NCBI GenBank assembly: GCA_051362555.1
Contig: CM120640.1
Span: forward strand, 4,340,001 to 4,404,000
Direction of reading: 5' to 3'
Source: Lingula anatina
Lineage: Eukaryota; Animalia; Brachiopoda
Length of the DNA stretch: 64,000 nucleotides
Shown: positions 26,843 through 39,300 of the stretch, one piece after another
Numbering within the stretch: the first letter of the stretch is position 1
Layout of the letters: every line of letters begins with the position of its first letter
The notes under the pieces: model-generated
The model's database searches: none
What the model was told of the DNA's origin: nothing
What the model saw: only the letters and a program-made list of their open reading frames with translations
Made by a program: the position numbers and the translations under genes

Positions 26843-27816
26843 AATAATTTGCTGCTGACTTTACTTGCATTAAATTGCGTTATGTTACAAAGCTTCATTT
26901 GCACTTTTGAAATTGCCAGACAAAAAGCACCAAGACAGCATTTAGAACTTGTGGCATTTGAGAAACTTTTTGTAATCTATGCTTTATGATACTTAATTGA
27001 ATACTCAGCAGAGCAATTATGATCTGGTTTCATTTGCAGTCATAAGTGTTTAATTATTGTAGATGTATATATGATCATAATAAAGAACAAGAGGGTACAA
27101 ATGAAAGTAAAGATTTTGTTCAAGATAAAATCATTCTTGTAATAAAATTCTGAGTTGGATAGTAAGTGGGCTTTTTTCTGTGATTGTAATTTTCATGTGA
27201 AGAGGGTGCATTCTATGTGTGTAGGTAGGACAACATGCCTGACATACAAGCACAGATTTGAATTTTTATTAATTAGATATAAAAATCCTGTCATTAATCA
27301 CGTTAACCAGCAGCTGGTGATGGACAGCAGTCAAATAAAGTCAAATATGATTAACTTTTATCCCATTTATTGAAGAACTTTTAGGTGAAAGAAAATATTG
27401 GTTAATAGACTACTGCAAATGGTTTACTGCTTTGCTTATAGAAAGGGGAATATGCTTCTAAAGTCAGGAACCACATGCTAGCCCTCCGTTTAATAAATGT
27501 GCTGAATTAGTGCAGAATGGCACTTGAAATGCAAATTGTAATTGTACTTTAAGAGTTGCAGAACTGAAGATGAAATTCTTTGCACCCTATTGCAAATAAA
27601 CAGCACTAACAGTAGCATGACTTTCAAAAAAGCAAAATTTCCATTTTCCTTCTTTGAAATTGGTTTTACTTTATTGCATGCATAGTGGGCTAAGGGAAAT
27701 AACTTTTTTTTTTTCATCTCAAAACATAGGGCGAGAACTTACATTTCCACTTTACAGGATGTGAAACACCTATTCCTGGCTTATGCTTTTCATCATGCAA
27801 TTTCTTTTCATTTTAG

Positions 27817-27951
27817 CCAAGTGGTATGTTAGACAATTTGGGTATTGGACACTTAACAGAATTTGAAATGAACTTATTAAGAAATGCAATGCCAGAGCTG
27901 AAGGACAATATCCAAAAAGGAGAAGACTTTATTTTAAAACAAGCAGAGTAA
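27817..27951 (+). CDS. MDH2: Second (distal) alternative terminal coding exon of MDH2
   Basis: A good acceptor (tttcttttcattttag) in phase 0 precedes an open frame PSGMLDNLGIGHLTEFEMNLLRNAMPELKDNIQKGEDFILKQAE*. It is paralogous to the proximal exon (22/41 identical residues by manual alignment). Confidence 0.85.
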   Translation, partial: PSGMLDNLGIGHLTEFEMNLLRNAMPELKDNIQKGEDFILKQAE

Positions 27952-30203
27952 CCAGAATTTTCCCCTAGACCACCAAGGACATCAGTGGATATACTTATTA
28001 TAAAAATTGAAAAAAAATATCACAGGTAAAGGTTTTCATCAGAAGATAATCACCTTTTCTCATGTGATACATAAAGCTGTTGCTGGATATGGGGTACTGT
28101 GTTACAAGAATTAACCACAAAGCCAATGCATTTAGCTGATGCAATACTAAAATTCATCAAGAACATAATTTTCTGTGTAGCCTACAATGTAATATTACAT
28201 TTTTGTTGACTTCGTTATAGCAAGTCATTGCCTGTGGCAGCGTGGCTTCATGTAAAAATAATTTGCAGTTTTATGTTATTTTATTTTTATAAGCTGAGGA
28301 TCTATACTAAGTCACAACTGATGTTTTACCTCCCTACATGCTCAAGTCAGATGGTGCATGCGAAAATGCCAAGTATTTTATTTAAAGGGATAACAACTTT
28401 CATATTAGATTGAAAGTTTCACAACTAATACATCGTAAACAACACATATACATATAATAAATTCCATTTTACCACCAAAATGGCAGTAATTGCAATTATT
28501 CTAAATTCTATGCTTGCCATCGGACCATGTGGACCATTATAGGTGGCTATCTTCTACAGTTATCTCTAAAGAGATAATTTTTTAAAAAATCGCCTTGTCA
28601 TTGGAAATTAGAAATATTGTTGTTTACCTCAGGAAAATCTGTTTTATGGCACCTTACCCACAAAAAGTAAAAGTTGTCATCCCTTTCATGTTTCAGTTCG
28701 TTCACTTAGGATCAGAATTAATTATTTTTTGTGGTTTTTGGTCAATACTAGGTTCATAGTAAATTAAAGATTTTAGGGGAAGTCATATAGCCTGATGTGC
28801 AATGCCATATTTTGTCTATAAATAGTTTTTCTAAGAATCAGTACTGTAGTAGTAGTTGTGGTAATCTTTTGAAATATTAGTGTAATTACCTGCTTGTTTA
28901 TCAGGTATATATATGCCATTTATGATCATTCACTCGAATCCTGTTTTGTGAAAGTATTATATCAAAATAGTTTTTTATGTTTATGTTTGTTTTAAAGGTT
29001 GTCTGGAGATGCATTTAAGTACGAAATGAAGCCAAATTTATGCCAAGATTATAAAGCCTGACAATTACTGTGTCAAACAGCGTTTCATATATGATAACCA
29101 TTATTTTTACTGTTTTTTTTTTTTTTCAATTTACACTTTAAAGTTAGTATAATTTAGTTTCTTTCTCTCACTATTAACCTAACCCTTATGTATCATGAAA
29201 AAAGTTTTTAAAAACTTTCTAAACACATTTGGAGACAAAGTGACAAATTTATTGATCCAAAAAGAAATCCATTGCCATCTCGCTTTAGCATTATATATGC
29301 ATGATCTTGAATCAGTAAAAGTAATGAAAACTCTTTTATAGCAGCTTCACCCCAAAAAAGGATGAATTCTAAAGCAGGCAGCTTTTGAAGTATCTGTCAC
29401 TAATTTCCTGAAATCTGACAAGACGGTAATGTACATGTACAATTGCAAATGAACAAAGCAGAAACTGCAAATGCGCATAATTCCATGCAGTTGGCCACAC
29501 ATTTCAGATCAAGATGAACAATTTACTTGACTTTGATGTCAGGTGATGTGATCTTCAGGCATGAACCAAGGGGAAGGAGTACTAATTAAGGCAAAATTTC
29601 GTGGTAGACTTTGGGGGTGTACAAATTAATGTACTGTAGTTTAACAGGCAACTCTGAAGAAGTAAGTTTTTATTTTTGGTGTGTGCGCGGCACATGTTAT
29701 CACTTTCAAGACAGCTAGACTCATTGATACATACACGTTGGAATAAAATAACTTACCTAATAAAGACATTTTGTTTCTTTTATTATTGTTCAAAGTAACT
29801 GCTTCAGATCAGTGTTGCTTCATTACGTAACGTTCAGTACAATACAGAATTTGTCATATTTTCTGAAATTTAAAAAAAAATCCAAAATCATACGTAAAAT
29901 AACAATCTAGATAAAAATCAAAATTTTTTCGTTTATTAGTTTGCAGAGGGTACAAGACGTATTTAAAAACAAGATTCCAGAGTTATTCCAAATATTCATG
30001 TATTGGGAGAGTGATTCAAAGATTGGCGCCATGTATACGCACTGATATTTGTACTTATATACACTAATAAAATATTCTGAACAGGAGAGTTGTAGACGAA
30101 AAATACAAAAAAAAACCATTTTATTTGCTTATTTTCATAGATAGATGTAAACTTGGACAGCTATGTCTACATGCTGCATATTGACACTCAAAGGCTGAAG
30201 GAC

Positions 30204-30352
30204 CTGGGCCCCGTAACAAGCATCGCGCATTGAGACCGAGCGCAAGCGTCTCGATTCCATATTTCGCCCATACTCGCCCCATATAATACACTGTAGCCTC
30301 TATGTGACATAGCTATTCACCATACGTGATGCTTTCGAGATACGGGCCCCAG
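30204..30352. mobile_element. Short MITE (Harbinger-like termini) immediately upstream of the putative FKBP6 first exon
   Basis: CTGGGCCCCGTA..AAGCATCGCGCAT at the left is the inverse of ATACGTGATGCTT..TACGGGCCCCAG at the right. Confidence 0.6.
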
Positions 30353-30372
30353 GGTAGTGAGGAAGCCACACA

Positions 30373-33300
30373 ATGGAGCACGTTGATTATGACCCAGGAG
30401 TTCACGTTACGGCTACGACGGAAACAAACGATGAAGTGGAGGAGTTAGAGGTGAGTTTGTTGCACGGTGTCTTAGGGAACTCTTTTATATACATGGCGCA
30501 TGATTAAAGAGCAAAAATACAAAACATTTCGCATTGCATGCCGTGTTATCTCAGATCTCCCGATCTGGAGGGGGGTGGGGGGGAGAGGTCAAATTCATGA
30601 TGTTCGCTGCATGTTTTGACTGAAAGAGGGCATACAACCAGCTGGTATATTCTATTTATATAAAAGGTAATTCGTGTGCTTCAATTGCCTTCTAAGTGCA
30701 TTGTAAATACGCAAGACACCCCTCAATGCAGACATACGAGGTTATTTTGAATGCTCAGCACTTACTCGGAGCAAGGAGTTATAACTCAATCCTTGCTCGG
30801 AGCAACCTTGCTCGGTAAAAAATTACGTACCTACAGTACCTTCAAAAAAGATTTTAAAAGAGAAATATACACACAGTTAATCCACAAACCCAAATCTACA
30901 TTCCTTTGCAAATTCAGGATAAGTGCCCACAATTTGGCAATTGAAAAGGGGAGACACATGAATCCTAAAATACCCATAGAGAAAAGGCTATGCACGGTGT
31001 GCAACATGGGGTCAGTTGAGGATGAGTTCCATTTTATGATGATATGCCCCTCTTATGCTCCACTAAGAGCCATATTCCTTAACCAGGTTAAAGATATACT
31101 GGGCAGTGCAGCCCCTGAGTCCATCAGTGACCTTTTTATTACCGTACTGCAATGTAATGATTTTGATATTGCAAAATGCACAACTAATTTTCTTTATGAT
31201 TGTTTTAAAGCTAGGGATATGAAAATTGCATCCATGCTGAATAAAACCTAGATTAACTGATGATGCAGTTTTCATATCCCCCTAAATAATAGTTAGTTTT
31301 ATATAAGGTTTAGTGTAGCCTATTCTAGTTGAATCAGTTTTTTTTTTTTTTTTAATTATCCCTATATTGATCTTTATTGAGTAGTACATGTACTTTCCCT
31401 GCTTTAGTCTAGACATTATATAATGTATATCAAACTGTATATGGTAATCACTCTGCGGATTACTTCTTGTATTTGTATTTGATCATGCCCGGATGTAGGG
31501 CGATAGTCAATAAACTTCTGATTCTGATTCTGACTATAATTTGTTGTAAATTCATTAAAATTTCAATTTGTTACATGTTGGTCACAATAAAACCTGTTAT
31601 TTTTGTTACAAAGGTGTAATCTGCGTATGTTTAACAGCTGTCATGGCCAGAAATTACATGGTCAGAATTATAATGCATCCCACCACATGTTTGACTAGTA
31701 AGCTTATAGTTGGAACTTGCACTGAAATACAAGTAACTATTTGTTCCTCCCCCATATTTCTGGGTTATCTTGAACATGTTATTCGTCTTCCATGTTGTAA
31801 ATGACATTTTCAGTCATCACAACATCTTCTGCAGAGCCAGCTGTCTCGGCATTTTTAGAAAATGCATCATTTGACCTTCTGTGCTTTGTTGATATAGCAT
31901 ACAGCATATTCAGATCTACAGGGCTGTTTCCTTTTTGGTCTTTATCATCATCACTTGCCTGACAGTGTGTCGTCAGATCCCTATCAGGTGTTTCTACCTG
32001 TATTTCATTTTCAATATCAATCACACTGTAGTGGTTTCCCTCTAGTTCTAGTTCAAAATACAAGGGGTCATGGGACTCCTTTTTAGAATTACTTGTACAT
32101 GGGTTATTGTAATTTTCCTGATCCTCCATATTGATATCTTCATATTGATTGTAACATCGCTGATCTGTTTTATAATTTTGTTTGAGCAATATTGGATTGG
32201 GCTTGTTTTCTAATTCACAAGGGTTGTGATCGTCCTGATCCTCCATATCAATATCTTCATAGTGGTTGTGACGTCGTTGTTCTTTTTTATCAGTGTTTGC
32301 TTGGAGCATTGCTGAATCAATTTCATCATATTGGTTATGGCTTTTTGGATTGACTATTTCTGTATAGTGGTGGATGGTCCCATTATCATCCTCACTGAAT
32401 TGTGTGCTGCCTCCAGCAATAAGGTCAACAGCAGTGTTTTGATGACAACTTCTGTGCTCACTGGCCTCAGCATAGTACAAGCTGTTTTCCGTTTCTATCA
32501 CATACTGGTTGGGCTCCCCCTCACCCGTTCCCTCTTTGCTAGGATCTCTTCCAGAGAGTAGTTCTATATTTGAGCTCTTTGTAGTTGAAAGAATTTGACA
32601 ATGTGGCATTCTCTGTCTAAAAGAGAAATGATAAATACATTGATAATCTGTTGTCTTTCTTTTCTCTTTTAACAACATCTACATAAAGGGAAGATAATGT
32701 CTGATAGACCATTTCAAGTAATTATGATCATCTTGAATTACTTTCTTAGCTCATTCAGAAAGGTTCAAAGTTTTCAGTTTTACCTGCATACTAAAATGAC
32801 TGCTATGAAAATCAGCACCACCAGGAAAAGGCTTCCTCCCACTGCTCCTCCAATAATGGCACCTTAAAGAAGGACGGAAGTACATACGTTTTTTTATGTA
32901 GTCCGACTGAGTAATTTTTTAATATTCGAGTCCCAGGACTCCCGTTTCCGAGCGATAGCCTGATGCGATGTAATTGACGATAATGCAAAACCACTCACCT
33001 GAACGCGACTGCCTAACACTCGCTGAAACGGAAATGACGTAACATGTTTGGTATACTCGCTTCACCGTCATGCTGCTAAATAGTTTGGAAGTTTGAAGCG
33101 GGTTGTGTTTCTCATCATATTCTAACTGAAACAAGTTGTGTGGTGCATGGAAGCAACAGTACTAGTTTCTCTATTGACGAAGTTTTGTTTCATTTCTTTC
33201 GGGTAAAAAATAGAAATTGAGAAGACAGTGGATCAATTTTGTTTGCGTGCCGTAAAGATTTTGATCTGCCGTCGAAGACGATGCGGATATGTGAGAAACA

Positions 33301-36300
33301 ATTTGAGATTCGCGCTACCTGATATAGTAACGACAATTGAAAACATTGAAAAAGAAGAAGAAATGTAAAATTTTGCTGACAGAGATAGTTACGACCACTC
33401 GCCTGCATACCAAGATATTCATCATACAGAGGCACAAGGTATCATAGATTGTAATTAGAATGCAGTCTTCCATAAGTACTTCCATTACTTTTTATTTATG
33501 ATAAGTTTATATGATTTGAAACTAACTGATGACACTCAGTATACCAGTGAAGGGCAGAAGCTGTGGAGATTTTTTAAATCACTTGTTCAGATTATCTTTT
33601 TACCCTACCTATAGTTTACTTCTGTGTGTGTGAGTGTATTTTAATAGAAAAGATTTGAATTGTGTTATTAAGTCTGTCCACATATACATAGAATGTTTTC
33701 TTATATTTTCAGATACTAGTAACAAGAGGGTCCCAGCTGAAGGGAATGAAGGTTCAATATCATTTGCTGTTCAGTCTAAGCCTAAGCTTCAATGTAAAGG
33801 TGGGAAAGCTTCATTATATATTAGTTCATTTTGTGTACTTTAATTTATGACAATTGCATTGATTATTATTATTATTATTTTTATTGCCACAGATGTCCAG
33901 ACAAACAGAAATGAAATATGTCACATGCAGAATATTCTGGTCACATCATTTATGCCTCTGACAAATCTCTTCAGCAGCACTTGGTCAGAATTTACATTGA
34001 ATTGAGTTCATAATGGATTTGAATTACTTTAAATCATTTTAATTACTTTAAAAGTACATTGTTTTAGGTTTGGTCCACTGACTGCTGACGGTTGAAGAAA
34101 ATTCAGTGACATACCTCTGGTGGGAATAGCCCCACCCCCTTTGACAGCACAGTACAGGAGATCACAATTTTGTGAGACTGTCTCAATTTAACAAGTGAAG
34201 GGCAGCTCTTTTGCAAGCCATGAAAATTTCTATGTATATTTGACTTGGAACCAAAATGTTATAGGGTCCACAGAGGCACCAAATGGAGAAATTATGTTCA
34301 TAATTAATTTTGACACCCTTCAATATATGAAAGCAAAACATGAAAACATTTCACATGAGATGAATATTTAATATGCATTTGTACCATGTGAAACTTAGAG
34401 TTCAAGCCTTAATTCATATGTCATGAAGTCTTAAATATTGTGCAATAAACTTGCAAATGAAATGTGTATAATAAAGTGTACTGTGAGATAATCATATAAA
34501 TTCAATTTGAACTTCTTTTATCTTAAGCTTATCCCATAATAGTAGTGTGGAAAAATAAAACTGACTTAATATAATGGAAACGCTGGACAAGATTTAACTA
34601 TGAAGATTTCTATCTGACACTTGTGATAAATGTGCATATACAGTATATATTTTTATTCTTTGATGATTAACCATTTCTTTATACAAGATCAACTCTATGT
34701 CACTTCAGTCTTCGTGCACGTTAATGGAATAGAAGTAAATCCAAGTTGGGCAATTTTAACTGTCCACTTGATGTAAGCATGCTTCTAATCTTAATCAATG
34801 CACAAGCAGGTAGGGGGACCCTGCATTCTTTTCCCCCAAAGAAATCTGCACCACCACACCACTTGGCAATAATATATTTGAAGATATTTCCTGTAAGAAT
34901 ATAATACAATTGCCCAGTAAGTTTCATGACAATAAATGAAAAAATATTATATATTCCATTCGGGTGAATTAAAAGCAATGTATACATTTCAATAAAATGT
35001 AGAGGAAGATTTAGAGAATTTCAGAATTGTGCTGATGGTAGTATTGCTTGAGTAACTGACTGAATATGTTTACATGTACCATATGTCTGATTTACCGTAT
35101 GATTTACTTGAATTACTATTTCCTGTGCTGAAAGTATGCAATTTCCAATGTATAGGGATTTAGACAGCCCTGATCAAATCCTGAGTGCATGGTGATATAA
35201 CAAACACCACCTTTCTACAAATTATAAATAAATAAATAAATAAAAAACGCTGGTAAATTAGGTTACACATGGCATATATGTATGTTAGACATGCAGACAT
35301 AATTTACATAACTTATTTAATTCAAAATGTTACGTTTTGCTCCTATTCCTGAAGTATTTTGCATAATACTTCTAATGTTATATTACTTACCACTAAGGAA
35401 GTAAATATAGAACTTGTAAACTGGAAGTGACACCAGTGCCACCGCCGTCTCCCTCGTCTTCAGAGTCTGACTGAAAGGGTTCAAATTTGTAAGGGAGTAC
35501 CGACTGTGTCAAGCTTCGGACGCTTGCCGTGCTCGCCTCATTTCTTTCATCATCTACGTCGTCCAGACCATAGTCCGACGCGTGAATCTGCCTACCAACT
35601 CAGTCGCAGACAGTGTAGGCCATACCCCTGACGTCACCTCGCAGTGGCCTCGATTTCGGCTATTTCCAGCCTTCCTCCAAACGAGCGGTTTTCACAGGTG
35701 AGAACCCGTGCATTCAATGCGCTATAAATAGGTCACTAGTGTACGTATTGAAGTCGCGCTTTCGGCGAGTCGTATTTAAGAAAATACACTATTGGACTAC
35801 ATAAAAAAACGTATGTACTTCCGTCCTTCTTTAAACATGAGCAAATGGGACTAATTTATAAATAACCACTCTCATTATAGGTTACTGTTAGTGATAATAA
35901 GAATAAGCAATTTGGCTACATATACATTTTTTTTATGATTGGACATAATTTAAAGAAGTTAAGGATTTAAAAGAAATATTGCTCAGTTAATGAAAATATG
36001 AAATCAAAGTATATCATATATATTGCATATTGTTTAATGTGTATTTTAGTTGAAATACATACCGGAATTTTCATCTTTCCATATTTTTCTTGTAGGATTC
36101 AGCTTGATTTCTGTTGATGCATGGGCAGAAAGGTGCTCTGATTCAGTTGTGGTGACATATTTGATTGAACTTAAAACAGTGGCGTTTATGTTGGTTTTGT
36201 CAGTTGCTAAAGTCTCAGAAGTGTCAGTAGTTTCCCATGCCCTGGTATATGCAGTAGACTCTGGTAAAGTTATTTCAGTGATTCCCTGTGTTAGTGTGAC

Positions 36301-39300
36301 TGGCATTATTGCTATTGATGTTGTTGTTTTCTGTGTACTGGTAGACATTGCTAAGGAAGATGGGTATGTGGATGTATATCTCATGAGTGGTGATGTTGTT
36401 GTTGTTGATGATACCACTGCTGCTGCTGAGCAGGTATATGTAACAATAAGGTAATTGGTCCAGTTAGATGGACAATCAGACTGTGAAACACTCCTGCGTG
36501 TTATATATATACTACAGTTTACTTTGTCCTCACACAACAACTGTACATCAGTTGGGAGGTTTCTATTGCACTTTGGTATACTTTCCTCTAAACAGTTGTT
36601 GTCTGTGGATAATGTGTAGCCATACAGTGCCTCCAACACTGTGATATTGTATCCTGGGAGACACATAAGAACCATGGTATCTCCTTCACATCCTGATACT
36701 GTAATATTACCCGTAAGAAATATATCAGTACTTAAAGTTAAATATGCCAAGTCTTGTATTTTTAAAGAGAAGTCACCATTTTCTAGATAAGAGATTTAAA
36801 TACTGTGCAGACTGTAATACAAGAAATATCTAACTAGTAAGTTTGTTTGGATTTGTACACCCAAAGTTACTCATTTGTAATGTTTTTTTCTAAAGCAAAT
36901 ATCTCACTCCTCTTACCTGTAGTCTGTTCACCAGTGGTCGTTAACATAGTAAAAGTAAGTCCAAAGACTAAGATAAAAAGAAATGTTATCTTTGCCATAT
37001 TCTAGTCAGCAGTTCTTTTTCTCATATATCCTGACCCTGAAGGTATTTACTTTGAGTCTACCAAAGTCCTCCTTGAACAGCAGTCAAAAGATCTTTCTTG
37101 TGAGCATTTGGTTATCTGGCTATTTAAAATTATTTCAGTGGATTTGAAGAAGGGTAACATAGTAGCACAAAAGATCATTTCAGTAGTTTCTTCTGGTTGG
37201 AGTTTTGAGGTCACTTCCTGGTTGTGGTTACTCCTTTGAATAACAAAGTGTGATTGATTTAATTCTAGGTCATGTTGTATTGGTTTCTTTGCAGTGTACC
37301 AGCATGCAGGGGCTTGAGGTGAACTAAACACTTTTGTAGTTTTCCATAGAAGTTTTTTTCAACGAATATTATAAAATGGTTTTTACAGAAAATATCTATG
37401 GTTGTTTTGGGGTATCTAATAAGCTAGGGAAGACAAATGAGGCTCCATTTACCTCTTTTTGGATCAATAAAAAGATCTGAAAATGTTCATGTTTTAATCA
37501 AAATTGACTAATTCTTAACCGAGACTCTGCATGCAGTTAGCAATTTTTTGTGGATTACTGAATAGTTTGGTGGCAACTGTTTCTCCAAATGTTTCATAAG
37601 ATTTTTGAGGTACTTATACAATAAATACATTGTTTAGACAATAAGGACTATGAAAGTGACACGTTGCAACTTCTTGGAATTCACTTCAGTATTTCATCAC
37701 CCTAAACATGTTTTTGAATTGTGACATTTTTTCCAAACTTTATATAATAGTTTCAAAATATGTGAACTGATATTTTATGCTTACATTGTAGGATGACGGC
37801 CCAGAAGATTTAGTCTCCCTGAAGCAAGGCCTAGATTTGGCTCAGCTCCAGCAGGGAGATGGCACGGTGTTTGAGGTGGATGAGAATGGGCTGGTGGAGA
37901 AGATGGGAATCGCGGAGGGTATTTGTTATTGTGACCATTTAGATCATTCTTTTAACTTCTTTGTTGTGTGTGTATTTTCTTTTATTCCGTCTTTCTTTAA
38001 TTCTGTCATTACTTTGTGATGAAAATGTATTGGGAAACTTAGAACTTTTATTAAAAGTAGAAATATGAAAAACTGCAGGATGTTGTAAGTGTAGAACTTT
38101 TATTAAAAACAGAAGTATGAAAAACTGCAGGATGTTGTAAGTGCTTCCATAGTGTTCCGTGAAATCTGCACAAAACGACAGTTTCATCATGATAATTTAA
38201 CTGTCACAAATTTTTTCCTTTTTCTACAGCACAAGAAAAAGAATACTTTTCAAAGGAAGCCAAATTGGCAGTGTACAGTTCCGTAGCAGAATGTGGTCTT
38301 CCAGATGATGATGAAAGCGCAGAGCAGTATCACTCAGACGATGACAATGACACTGATGATGAAAGTGGTCCGTCACCCTTTCAGTTATTAGCAAGAAACA
38401 TGCAGGACCTGACTCCTCCAGAGGGAGGGGTGTTAAAACAGGTGCTGAAGCCTGGCACAGGGGATGTTGTTCCAAAAGAGGCATTTGTCCTAGGTATGTA
38501 CTGGGGTATATGTAGGGATTTGATGCACTGAATTATGTGAAGGAATTTAACTTAATAAAGAAGGGTTGAAATCATTTTTTTCTGAAAAATTTTGTTCATA
38601 CAGAGTTAATGAATAAAATTTAATGTTTTTTCATCTTTGTCTTTTAATGGAGCTTTTGAGTTGCTGCTAAAAGGTCTTTGTTTAAAAGTTGAATTTTACA
38701 AATGAATTGCTACTTTCACCAATTACAAATACTCTTACTGGTTAAGTTGTATAACAGTGATTAATAGATCACTCTTATTTGACCATTTCAGTGCATTACA
38801 ATGGATACCTAGAGTACTCTGGAGAACCATTTGACAGCACCAGATTGAGAGATAGGCAGTTCCGCTTTCAGCTGGGCAAAGGTAGGTCCAAAAGTAACAT
38901 AAGCTCTAATTTGGGAATATAAATGAGATGTAAGTTTTTGATGACCATTTTAATTGCTCCATAATTTTCATAATTTACTAGAATGAATCTGCCAGGCATT
39001 GCAATGAGATGGAGAATGGTGTGATAAATTTTGTAAACGAAAAAGAAGGGGAAATGTAAAAGATGGTGAATTTTGAAAGACGATACCTTATAATGATACA
39101 AGTATTAAATTTAAAAGCAAAAAATCACTGTGTCAGTTGATGATGGATTCTGATTTATCACATGCCTAATGTTCCCAGTTTTAACTTGTAGGAGACACCA
39201 TCATGGGGCTGGAAATAGCAGTCTCTTCCATGAGGAAGGGGGAGTTGGCAAGGTTTATATTTTCCTACAAATATGCCTATGGAGAAAGAGGTTGTCCTCC

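Larger units (their letters stand above)
32868..35830 (+). mobile_element. Kolobok DNA transposon, non-autonomous derivative with THAP-transposase and KolX remnants
   Basis: Perfect 37-bp TIRs AGAAGGACGGAAGTACATACGTTTTTTTATGTAGTCC (32868-32904 and 35794-35830). TTAA TSD at 32864-32867 and 35831-35834. Convergent coding remnants inside. Confidence 0.92.

Noticed and set aside
24847-27000. Peroxisomal (PTS1) MDH isoform by readthrough or intron retention, as known for MDH1
   Set aside because: Both terminal exons stop at TAA. Neither they, the extension past the proximal stop, nor the intron-7-retained frame end in an SKL-like tripeptide.
36699-36720. Apparent mutated acceptor (TTACGG instead of TTACAG) suggesting the receptor gene is a pseudogene
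   Set aside because: An in-phase ACAG acceptor 12 nt downstream preserves the reading frame.
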